64,000 nucleotides of DNA from an uncultured Candidatus Bathyarchaeia archaeon (lineage in GTDB: Archaea; Thermoproteota; Bathyarchaeia; Bathyarchaeales; Bathyarchaeaceae), in the NCBI GenBank assembly GCA_964347995.1, contig CAYGBA010000001.1, positions 2,244 through 66,243 of the forward strand, written 5' to 3'. The notes below the pieces were generated by a model. The model searched no databases, was not told where the DNA came from, and saw only the letters and a program-made list of their open reading frames with translations. How positions within the stretch are numbered: the first letter of the stretch is position 1; each line of letters starts with the position of its first letter. This document shows, piece after piece, positions 1 to 8,187 of this stretch. Made by a program: the position numbers and the translations under genes.

Positions 1-430
1 CGTCTAAAGTCTCTGATCCCAGCCAGCTGTCTGGACTAACGTTGCGGTCTCCTTTTGTCTGGAAATACCATGTGCCGTTATTCTTAACTTTGCTTATTGC
101 GCGATGTACAATGAGACGCGTATCTGTTCCAGCTACAGGTAGAAAGACAGGGGTTCGACCATATCGAGGATCATAGAAAACAACAATTTCGCCGGGGGGT
201 TGAGCCTCCTCAGGGGCAGCGTTAAGTTCGGTGAAGTTCAGTCCTCCTTGAACGACAATGAGATCGCCCCTAAACAATGTATCTTCCATGCTTCCGGAAG
301 CAACTGCCAGCAAGGGGTAATCTGTCCCTAGAGCAAACCTTAGACCGAACCAGAAAGTGGCGACAACAGCTATGATAATAGCGATTAGGATAATAGTCTG
401 TACAGTCTCATTTTTAAGAAGATTCCGCAT
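1..430 (-). CDS. Signal peptidase I, archaeal Sec11/S26B type (N-terminal part; gene runs off the window start)
   Basis: Absent from the ORF track because no stop lies in the window. My minus-strand translation from the ATG at 430 reads MRNLLKNETVQTIILIAIIIAVVATFWFGL...AVASGSMEDTLFRGDLIVVQ...LIVHRAISK...TKGDRN. It shows an N-terminal TM anchor plus the SGSME-TL, GD, HR and GD(R)N boxes typical of type I signal peptidases. Confidence 0.8.
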   Translation of the reverse strand, partial: MRNLLKNETVQTIILIAIIIAVVATFWFGLRFALGTDYPLLAVASGSMEDTLFRGDLIVVQGGLNFTELNAAPEEAQPPGEIVVFYDPRYGRTPVFLPVAGTDTRLIVHRAISKVKNNGTWYFQTKGDRNVSPDSWLGSETLD

Positions 431-680
431 TTTCAATGTTTCTTATCACTTCTCCGATGTTTCCCGTACAACCGTCAGTCTTCGTAAGAGCTTGTTCCCT
501 GTTGAATGTTAAAAACTTAACGATATACAATAAAAAGGAGGAGGTTTGCAGACTTAAAGGCGATTACAAGCTTACACTTCTATACTTCACTAGCGCTTTT
601 GCTTTTTCCAACGACTTCCTCTAATATCTTCAACGAACGGGGGAACGAACCCCCACGTCTGTCGAGTGGGCCTTTTAGTC

Positions 681-851
681 TTAAATCTTCTGCTTGGCCA
701 AGACTTTTCTAAAGGCTTTGTTGCATCGGGGGCAGTCGAAGAGGCCGATTTTTAGCTCAGTCCTTGTACCCTTTCTGTCTGGGCGGCCAGCCATCTTCCA
801 TGTCTTTCTTGGTGTGGAAACTTCTATTCCACAGCCGGGACACTTTGCCAT
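681..851 (-). CDS. Small (56 aa) zinc-ribbon protein, CPxCG...CPxC type
   Basis: Below the ORF-track size cutoff. My translation is MAKCPGCGIEVSTPRKTWKMAGRPDRKGTRTELKIGLFDCPRCNKAFRKVLAKQKI*. It has two CxxC pairs, and a GGAGG lies about 8 nt upstream of the ATG. A GGGGG-N6-CCCCC hairpin (639-654) lies downstream of the stop. Confidence 0.55.
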   Translation of the reverse strand: MAKCPGCGIEVSTPRKTWKMAGRPDRKGTRTELKIGLFDCPRCNKAFRKVLAKQKI

Positions 852-1135
852 TTATTTTTCCTCCATCATGACTGTTCATCATTGTTTGATATTGAATATA
901 AATTTAACCATGTAAAATGATCTTGATATCTTAGGACGTTGACACAAAAATGGATAGAATCCCCATACTGGAAGGTCTTTTTATTATTAAGCTTGACACT
1001 TCGCATGCGATTCTAGAGTTCCCGTTTTTTTGAACCTATATATCAAACTAAATTGGCTGTTCAACTAAAGGGGAAAGGAAGGCTCAATTAGGTGTTGCGT
1101 GTAGCTATTTTATTGGCGCCTTTGCGTAAGCAAGC

Positions 1136-2614
1136 TTATGGTGTGTACTTGAATGGATGCTTGGCCCTGTCCTTGTTCTCAACAATCTCCTCAGCTGTAG
1201 GCCTACCTTCCATAGTTCTCCTGATTGCATGCCTCATAGCCTTATAGTTGTTGACATACACACGATGCCTATTGACGGCGCTAGGATGAACAAAGACATT
1301 TGCGATAATAACAAGATCATCCACAGCACCCTTAGGAATAATACCATCAGCCAAACTGTCAGCGACAGCTTTAGCAACACCCGCCTGAGCAGGACCATAG
1401 ACCATACTAGCCTGCCGCATCCCCCTAATAGTAACCGTCGGCACAATCAAAGTCAGAGGCTTCACGGCGAGATTGGGCTCAAGAATGGCCACTAAAGGCT
1501 CATGTCCAGCAGAGGGAGCCGCCTTAGCCTTGGCGTAGGCCTCACCCACAGGACCATCTTTTCTCCCAATCATTAGGTCAATGTGGGCAACCTCAGACTC
1601 CCCACCGGCCAGAGCCTCACCAACGCGCAGATGGAAGTCACGGACAACCTCAGGTGTAATGCCGATAGCCGTAAAACGCTCTTCTAAGGCTTTCTCCTTG
1701 ATCTTAAACTTGACTGGCTTTGTAGCAATCTTCCCGATCTTCTCGAGCTCTAGGCGAAGCTCCTCACGGGCCTCATAGGTCAGCTCCCCACCCACGCTCA
1801 GAGGCATCCTAGCACGTCCAACCCTTAATCCCATCATATTTAGCGCCTCCTTCGCCCCAACGACACCACTCTTGGCAATAATTCTAGCAATCTTCTGAAT
1901 TCCAAACTGTAGCTCACGAGCTTTCTCAAGATCGCACTTCTGAATCAGATCATAAATCTCAACCCATCTATCTGGGATGACATTTGCGCTCGCCAGAATA
2001 GCCCCGGAAGCTCCAGCTGCCAAAGCCGAGAGAACAACTTCGTCATAGCCACACATGACATTGATCTTTTCTCTAGCCTTCTCCAGAACCGCCAGCATAT
2101 ACTTCAGCTCTCCACTGCTGTCCTTCAAACCAACTATATTAGGAACGTCAGCGAGGTCTTCAACCATCTGCCACGTAAGCCACACACCAGTACACTGAGG
2201 AATATTATACAGAATGACCGGAAGATCAACCCCACTCGCAATAGTATAGAAGTGCTCGTAGATCCCACGATCTGTTGGCTTGAGGTAGAACGGGGTCACC
2301 ACCAAAGCCGCATCCACACCAGAATCCTTCGCATACCTAGTCATCTGTAAAGCCTGATCAGTCCCACTCGCACCAGTACCAGCAACCACAGCCACCCTCC
2401 CATCAACCTCATCCACAACAACATCAATCACCAGCCTCCTCTCATCAACACTAAGATTAACAAACTCCCCAGTCGTACCACATGGAACAAGACCACTCAC
2501 ACCCTGTTCAATACAGCTGTTGACCAGTTTCCGCAACTGCCCCTCATCCACCTCCCTCCCGTCCTTGGTAAAGGGGGTTACCAGCGCAGGCAAGATTCCA
2601 CTAGGCTTGAACAC
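1136..2614 (-). CDS. Fusion protein: DapA/NAL-family pyruvate-dependent class I aldolase (N-terminal, about 300 aa) plus formaldehyde-activating enzyme Fae (C-terminal, about 165 aa)
   Basis: N-terminal motifs are PCGTTGEF, ILYNIPQCTG and VGLKDSSG (Schiff-base Lys context), as in DapA/KDG aldolase/NAL. The C-terminus (VGEALAGGESEVAHIDLMIGRKDGPVG...MVYGPAQAGVAKAVADSLADGIIP...AKHPF) aligns with the Fae sequence I recall (EVAHIDLIIG, FGPAQ.GVA.AV, THPF). It is a single uninterrupted 492-aa ORF. Confidence 0.8.
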   Translation of the reverse strand: MFKPSGILPALVTPFTKDGREVDEGQLRKLVNSCIEQGVSGLVPCGTTGEFVNLSVDERRLVIDVVVDEVDGRVAVVAGTGASGTDQALQMTRYAKDSGVDAALVVTPFYLKPTDRGIYEHFYTIASGVDLPVILYNIPQCTGVWLTWQMVEDLADVPNIVGLKDSSGELKYMLAVLEKAREKINVMCGYDEVVLSALAAGASGAILASANVIPDRWVEIYDLIQKCDLEKARELQFGIQKIARIIAKSGVVGAKEALNMMGLRVGRARMPLSVGGELTYEAREELRLELEKIGKIATKPVKFKIKEKALEERFTAIGITPEVVRDFHLRVGEALAGGESEVAHIDLMIGRKDGPVGEAYAKAKAAPSAGHEPLVAILEPNLAVKPLTLIVPTVTIRGMRQASMVYGPAQAGVAKAVADSLADGIIPKGAVDDLVIIANVFVHPSAVNRHRVYVNNYKAMRHAIRRTMEGRPTAEEIVENKDRAKHPFKYTP

Positions 2615-2696
2615 TACAAACCCTCAACCCAGTTGTCACATGCAACATATTTGTCTGTTTCTGAAGGGAACATCAAAAAGAAGGGAACTGAAACGC

Positions 2697-3644
2697 TTAG
2701 GGCGTCGGAACCGCTAAGTCGGATGGACCTATCTTGGAAAGCTTGGCCTCAGGATAGTACTTCTCTATCAAAGAAACGATAACCTCAGCCATCTTCACCT
2801 TCTCCCTCGCAAGAAACGCCAGATGCTCCGGGCTCACCCAAGGTTTGTAAAGTGCACCAGCACTAGTCCCCGGCTCGATCTTATAGTAGCATGGCGCACA
2901 TATCCTCGTGATCTCTGGAGTTTCCCAAATCCGGTTTATACCACTCCAAGAATCAAATATCACAACATGCACATCGATCGGAATATCAATAGCCGTCCTT
3001 ATAGACGCCAACATAGGAAGCGTCAGATCAGCCAAGGGATTGAAAGTATTGGCCCCAAGCATCTCCAGGACTCTCGCTCCAGCTGCGTTCCCATGACCAG
3101 CAAATATCGAAACCTTGAAGACCACATCCTTCGGCAAATCCCCAGCCTTCCGCATCTCGTTTAAAAGCCACAAAAGACCCTCATCCACAACTAGGAAGCC
3201 TTTGATTCCAAATTCGATGGCTCTCATAATATCGCCAATAACATAGGAGAGATTGTCGGATCCCCGATAGCGCATGCCAGAAAGAGAGCCCTCAGGAGTC
3301 CTGATCTGTGCTCCCAGATCCCAGAGTGACCTCGGGCCTGGTGTGGCGATGACCTCAAGTTTGGCGTCCCTTGCCATCTTTGCAAAGCTCTCTAACTCGT
3401 CGTCTGAGAGATATGTTGCGCCCATCACCATTGAAATCAGCCTGTGAACCCGCACATCTCTCTTGTCCATCTCATCTATCAGGGCCTCCAGCGTCGAAGG
3501 ACGCTCGACACCAGATATCTCTATTCGGTAATGACACTTGTCGGGAAATCTCTTCTTGGATGTTGGCAGTTCATACAAATCTCTGCCAGGTATCCCATGC
3601 TTCTCCATACTTTTCCTAATCTTTTCCAAACGATTCTCCTCCAA
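2697..3644 (-). CDS. Hypothetical protein (315 aa), possibly an alpha/beta-barrel enzyme; function unknown
   Basis: Long ORF with non-repetitive, globular-looking composition. It lies 82 nt upstream of and co-directional with the DapA-Fae gene. A TATA-like box lies about 25 nt upstream of its ATG. I recognised no family motif. Confidence 0.55.
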   Translation of the reverse strand: MEENRLEKIRKSMEKHGIPGRDLYELPTSKKRFPDKCHYRIEISGVERPSTLEALIDEMDKRDVRVHRLISMVMGATYLSDDELESFAKMARDAKLEVIATPGPRSLWDLGAQIRTPEGSLSGMRYRGSDNLSYVIGDIMRAIEFGIKGFLVVDEGLLWLLNEMRKAGDLPKDVVFKVSIFAGHGNAAGARVLEMLGANTFNPLADLTLPMLASIRTAIDIPIDVHVVIFDSWSGINRIWETPEITRICAPCYYKIEPGTSAGALYKPWVSPEHLAFLAREKVKMAEVIVSLIEKYYPEAKLSKIGPSDLAVPTP

Positions 3645-3669
3645 GGATAGCGGATGTTATGTTCCGTGC

Positions 3670-3680
3670 TTATATAAAAA
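3670..3680 (-). promoter_or_regulatory. TATA-box-like element (TTTTTATATAA on the minus strand) about 25 nt upstream of the ATG at 3644; suggests a leaderless or near-leaderless mRNA
   Basis: The sequence ttatataaaaa at 3670-3680 lies at the spacing typical of archaeal TATA-to-TSS distance. Confidence 0.35.
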
Positions 3681-3819
3681 GGCAATGAAAATCTGCGAAC
3701 GTAAAACATCATTATTTATAGCCGATCACAGTCCAATTTTATATATTAGAGATATGCGTGTATACTCCACAACAATTTGAAATAGAGGACAACGAGTATG
3801 TGAGAGTGCTGTAGCGAAT

Positions 3820-5454
3820 ATGACTACGAAATCTAGAAAACTAATTCTTCCATTTGCCGCCTCTGCCGAGGATCGCAAAAAAGCCTTTAGTAGAGAAATG
3901 GAGAAGGCAGCAGTTTTCTGCATAGCTCAGATGGAGAGAAAGAAGGGTGGCGGTATCTTAAGGAGGAAAGAGAGAGGAGAGGAGTTACTTTTCACCGCAA
4001 AGTTCTGTTATCCAATGTGGCTGGTTCCTTGGAGGGGGAGAAGTCTATTATTTGATGGTCTCAGCATAACTACGCATAAATTGCGTTATAGCACCCTACC
4101 TGACATCAAAGTATTCACCACCGATATTGAAGTGAGCGCGAAAACGCGTGAAGCCCACTCCGCATTTCTCTCTGATCGCCTCAATTTCTTCAAAAACTTC
4201 ATCGACGAGGAAGAAAAAGTCATCGAAGGGCTGGTCGCAGATGCAGCGCTTGTTCAAGATTTCTCCATCTATCTTAAAGAGGCAAAGGTAATCAGAAAGC
4301 CTCTGGCTGACGTAGTTCTCATATCCCCAGCACTCGACGAACAAGCACTCTCATCCACAATTCAGGACTTGTCAAATCATAGATCCACTATTAAAGACGA
4401 CATTGAAAATCTGTGCGCAGTCATGAAACTATTGAGCAATACTACTGAGAAACACATCAAGACAATGCGTGAAAGAATAGTGCAAAACAAAAAAGAATTT
4501 GACAAAAAGATAACAGATCTGAAATCTTCCCTTAGAGAGAAAGTAAGCCAGATTCAGAGGAGATGCGATAAAGAGATTACTATACGAACCAAAGAGATGG
4601 AAAGCAATCTTCATCGTCTTCATCAAAAGCGAGTTAGGCTGGAAAAGACAGTGCAAAACATGACTGCCAGAGTCGATCGTTATGAAGCAGAGATAAGATC
4701 TTGTAGGCTCAACAAGGATAAGACAGGCGAACTCCTATGGAAGGAAGAGCTTGAGAGAAGCGAAAAGAAACTCTCTGATCTAGAGAGGAGCATCAGGGAT
4801 ATTGACAAAGAAATTGAAGATGCAACCGCAACTAAAAAGAAGGAAATCTCAAAACTGAGGTCTGTATGCGACGACCGAATGGAAGCGGCTATGAAAGGAG
4901 TGAGGGATATTGAAGCCGCCCGTGACGCTAGGATTCTGATGAGTCGGCAGGAGATAGAGTCTTTAGAAGATTCAGCGAAGACAATTGTGGATCAGATCGA
5001 CAATCTAGTCGGGAAGAAGGGAGCTGCATTAGATAAACTTGACACGTTGGGTGTATCAGAGGGGATAAGAAAATATGCTCTCGTGTACGTTCCATTCTAC
5101 CTTCTTTGTTATGAAGAGAAGTTGAAGAATCGATATGCTGTACACCCTCCTTCTGTTGCTGGAAGCATAGGAATTCTGACAAAGTTTAAGGGAGTCTTTG
5201 GAGTTGCAAAGGTGAAATCGATCCTCGAGCCCCGCTCAAAGATCATCGCGGCACTTCTGGACGGACTCCTCCCTTTGATTGCACAGAATCCAGTGTTTGA
5301 AAAAGAAATAGTGGACGCAGGAACTGAAGCTAACATGTTGCGGACAAAAGAACTACGCAGGAAGATAACAGAAGGACTCGAGGCGTTGGAAGAGGAAGGA
5401 TGGTTATCCGAAAGCGAATTCCAAACTTACAGTGAATTCTTGGCGAAGACCTAA
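3820..5454 (+). CDS. Large coiled-coil protein (544 aa), unknown function
   Basis: The central region of about 250 aa is highly charged with heptad-like K/E/R/L-rich sequence (KEFDKKITDLKSSLREKVSQIQRRCDKEI...LERSEKKLSDLERSIRDIDKEIED). It is flanked by globular N- and C-terminal regions. No NTPase motif was seen. Confidence 0.6.
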   Translation: MTTKSRKLILPFAASAEDRKKAFSREMEKAAVFCIAQMERKKGGGILRRKERGEELLFTAKFCYPMWLVPWRGRSLLFDGLSITTHKLRYSTLPDIKVFTTDIEVSAKTREAHSAFLSDRLNFFKNFIDEEEKVIEGLVADAALVQDFSIYLKEAKVIRKPLADVVLISPALDEQALSSTIQDLSNHRSTIKDDIENLCAVMKLLSNTTEKHIKTMRERIVQNKKEFDKKITDLKSSLREKVSQIQRRCDKEITIRTKEMESNLHRLHQKRVRLEKTVQNMTARVDRYEAEIRSCRLNKDKTGELLWKEELERSEKKLSDLERSIRDIDKEIEDATATKKKEISKLRSVCDDRMEAAMKGVRDIEAARDARILMSRQEIESLEDSAKTIVDQIDNLVGKKGAALDKLDTLGVSEGIRKYALVYVPFYLLCYEEKLKNRYAVHPPSVAGSIGILTKFKGVFGVAKVKSILEPRSKIIAALLDGLLPLIAQNPVFEKEIVDAGTEANMLRTKELRRKITEGLEALEEEGWLSESEFQTYSEFLAKT

Positions 5455-5534
5455 GACACTAATTTCTTAAATCACATATCTGTCAAACGCAGGGTATCCA
5501 TGGCTGCTGATATTTCTACATTCGTAGACTCCTT

Positions 5535-7211
5535 TTAGCCACCCATCTTCTTGCAGACGTTAGAAATAGCCAAGATAATCTGTGGCGGCGTGAAGATGCT
5601 GAAAACCTTCGCGTATCGAGGAGATCCCGCCTTCTTAACCGTTCCTCTTTTGCCCCCAGCCTCCAGATATCCTTCGATGAATTCTTTTGCAAGAAGCTTC
5701 GCGGATTTCGCTGAAGAGACTGGAGAGGCGTAGTGCCCGGAATAGTAGAGGAACTCAGTTATGTCCCAGGCTTGATTTCCGTCTCTTGAAGCCTGTTCGA
5801 GATCGACGAAAAAGGCTATTCCATCTTTCGTGACTACAATGTTCTCCGGCTTGCAGTCTCCAAGACTAACGCCAAGTTTGTGAGCTTGGGCAATTTTCGT
5901 CCCTACATCTCTCACTAAGGCAATATCTGAGGCTCTTTTCTTGGATGACATGATCTGCTTCACAACTCTAACTAACGTCTCTCCATCAATGAAATCCTCG
6001 AAGATCAATCGTTCCTTATGGCTGACGTGAAGAATCTTCGGAACAGCAAAACCACGACTACGTAGAAATTGGTTTATTGCGTATTCTCTTTCCAGCCTGG
6101 ATCGACCGAGCACCGTAAACGTCTTTGTACCAAGCGTCCACAGCGCCAATGGAAACCATTTGAAGCCAAACCAGTCCTCAAACTTCTTCACCACGACCTT
6201 CCGTTTTTTACTGTTTTCCCACAGTGTGAGCAGATATACGGTGTTCAAAACTCCACCCATATGTTCAACTTTCATATCTAAAACATCTTCGTTCAACATC
6301 ATTTTCTCCGCAAAAACCTCCACGGTGGTTCTGTCTGAAAACGGAACCAGTCCGTTATGCGTCGGCATCAACAAGTATTTATCAGGATCCTCAAGCCGAA
6401 AAACCAGCCGTTCAGTTTCAACGTCTCGATAAGATCCTCTGAACAGCTTCTGGTCTTGAACGAGAAGATTGGTCAATTTTGGCAATACGTTAAGAATGTG
6501 GAGAAGCGCCGTTTTTTGAATGGATTTGAGAAAGATGGGAATTCGAATTTTCTGGCTTCTAATCGCGTTAATCAGTTTCTGTGTAACTTTGATGTATCCA
6601 TTGGACAAAGTAATCCAGTTCTCCTTCGCCAGCTGATCGATGGCTTCAAGGTAGCCCCTCATAATTGCGTTGATATTTTTTCTTCTGAGATCGTCCCTAA
6701 ACATGTTAAGGAAGCTGTACGTGATGGGCGGGAACAGTTTGGCTTTACGCCTTATAGTTTCATGAATGAAATACTCGGGTTTTATGAGGAGCTCTTGAGA
6801 TAAATCGGGAGACTCTAAAACAAGATTCTCCAAGAGCTCCCAGACAATGCGCCTTTTCACCTTTACTTCATGACGCCACAGATATTCCTTGTTAATCAAA
6901 GGAACATACGGGAACGTTACCTTTTCAGCGACAAACTCACCCAACCATCCTTGCACCACATCTCTTTCAAAGATTCTTCGATCAACAGCCAAGATGAAAG
7001 TGTCCATTCCATTTGAAGGCTTAATGTGGTATCTCAATCCAATTTTGTAACGCTCTAGGACCAAAAAGACATGGGCATCACCCTTTTCGTCCGCGTAGCC
7101 GTACACCCGCGGACCATGTAGACCGGCTGCAACAACCTCGCAAGAGCCAGCAGCTTGCATGCAGAAGTCTAATGCGTTTTCTCTGAGATTTTCACTCGAA
7201 AGCTGAGTCAT
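5535..7211 (-). CDS. Two-domain protein: N-terminal nucleotidyltransferase-like or uncharacterised domain plus C-terminal Bud32/RIO/LPS-kinase-like protein kinase domain
   Basis: C-terminal kinase-like motifs are LIFEDFIDGETL, AHKLGVSLGDCKPENIVV (catalytic-loop D-x-K-x-x-N) and FFVDLEQA (DFG-equivalent D). The N-terminus (AAGLHGPRVYGYADEKGDAHVFLVLE) loosely resembles a Pol-beta-type NTase core. Confidence 0.6.
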   Translation of the reverse strand: MTQLSSENLRENALDFCMQAAGSCEVVAAGLHGPRVYGYADEKGDAHVFLVLERYKIGLRYHIKPSNGMDTFILAVDRRIFERDVVQGWLGEFVAEKVTFPYVPLINKEYLWRHEVKVKRRIVWELLENLVLESPDLSQELLIKPEYFIHETIRRKAKLFPPITYSFLNMFRDDLRRKNINAIMRGYLEAIDQLAKENWITLSNGYIKVTQKLINAIRSQKIRIPIFLKSIQKTALLHILNVLPKLTNLLVQDQKLFRGSYRDVETERLVFRLEDPDKYLLMPTHNGLVPFSDRTTVEVFAEKMMLNEDVLDMKVEHMGGVLNTVYLLTLWENSKKRKVVVKKFEDWFGFKWFPLALWTLGTKTFTVLGRSRLEREYAINQFLRSRGFAVPKILHVSHKERLIFEDFIDGETLVRVVKQIMSSKKRASDIALVRDVGTKIAQAHKLGVSLGDCKPENIVVTKDGIAFFVDLEQASRDGNQAWDITEFLYYSGHYASPVSSAKSAKLLAKEFIEGYLEAGGKRGTVKKAGSPRYAKVFSIFTPPQIILAISNVCKKMGG

Positions 7212-7356
7212 GCCTACCCAATTCCTGACAGCCTATAATCTTATCTCCTCTTCCTTTTATAGGCTTGATATACCCAACAGGTTTTTCAGCAATGGTTCCA
7301 ATAGCCGCTTCAAATGTGCCGAAAGCCGAGAAGACTTAACTACTCGGTTTCGAGTT

Positions 7357-7366
7357 GCTTATATAC
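7357..7366 (+). promoter_or_regulatory. TATA-like box (gcttatatac) about 35 nt upstream of the internal ATG at 7401
   Basis: Its position supports 7401 rather than 7314 as the start of the riboflavin kinase gene. Confidence 0.3.
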
Positions 7367-7400
7367 ACTGAGTTTGTTTTTCCTCAATGAGGCGACACGA

Positions 7401-8102
7401 ATGGACGCTTCTACCGTCGACGCACACACCTGGAAAAGTCTCTTCATACTCTACAAGCTCGCAGAACTAGGTGCTTGTAGCAGAACAGTGAAGGTTTCAA
7501 CGGAATATCTGGCTGAAAAGATGGGGGTTTCCCAGCAGACAGCCTCCCGCCACCTTATTCATCTGGATAAGAGCGGTTGGACAAATAGGACGATCACTTC
7601 AGAGGGTTGCCTGATCAAAATCACGGACTCCGGAGCGGCTCAGTTGAAGAAGCTTTATTCTGGGTTGCGTCTAATAATTGAGGCACCCTATCCGCCTTCT
7701 ATTACGCTGGAGGGTGTGCTTTTCACCGGGCTTGGTGAGGGCGCCTACTACGTGACGAGAGATGGATATCGTAGGCAGTTCATAGAGAAGTTGGGTTTCG
7801 ATCCGTATCCTGGAACTCTAAATCTGAAGCTTACCTCTGAGTATGACATGAAAACGAGGTCTGAACTGGAGACGTATCCTGGGATAGAGCTCGAAAGTTT
7901 CAAGGATGAATCTAGAACTTATGGTTCGGTGAAGTGCTATCCGGCTATAATCAATAACAGGGTGAAGGGCGCTCTGGTATGTGCCCTACGAAGCCATTAC
8001 GATTCCTCAGTTATGGAGATAATCGCCGCCTCTTTCTTGCGGGGCAAGCTTAAGCTGAAAGATGGAAATAAGGTGAAGGTGGAGGTTTTGATTCTTCCAT
8101 AA
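7401..8102 (+). CDS. ribK: wHTH-fused CTP-dependent archaeal riboflavin kinase (RbkR-like: regulator plus RibK)
   Basis: The C-terminal domain (GVLFTGLGEGAYYVTRDGYRRQFIEKLGFDPYPGTLNLKL) matches the archaeal MJ0056-type riboflavin kinase. The N-terminus (YLAEKMGVSQQTASRHLIHLDKSGW) is a wHTH. The ORF track starts at 7314, but I prefer MDASTVD at 7401. Confidence 0.8.
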   Translation: MDASTVDAHTWKSLFILYKLAELGACSRTVKVSTEYLAEKMGVSQQTASRHLIHLDKSGWTNRTITSEGCLIKITDSGAAQLKKLYSGLRLIIEAPYPPSITLEGVLFTGLGEGAYYVTRDGYRRQFIEKLGFDPYPGTLNLKLTSEYDMKTRSELETYPGIELESFKDESRTYGSVKCYPAIINNRVKGALVCALRSHYDSSVMEIIAASFLRGKLKLKDGNKVKVEVLILP

Positions 8103-8187
8103 GGTGAAGGACTAAGATGAAATCTGGAGTGACAATAGGCTTTCAAGAACTAAGAGGGCGCTTGAAAGGAATGATTTTGAAGTTATT

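Noticed and set aside
639-654. GGGGG-AACGAA-CCCCC hairpin whose reverse complement (GGGGGTTCGTTCCCCC) superficially resembles a tRNA T arm
   Set aside because: - The loop TTCGTTC does not fit the T-loop consensus (TTCRANY with A58).
- No acceptor, D or anticodon arms lie around it.
- It is more likely a post-gene hairpin.
436-915. Plus-strand ORFs 436-624 and 694-915 from the ORF track
   Set aside because: - Their composition is poor: hydrophobic and low-complexity, with no motifs.
- 694-915 is antisense to a much more convincing zinc-ribbon ORF (681-851) that has an SD-like element.
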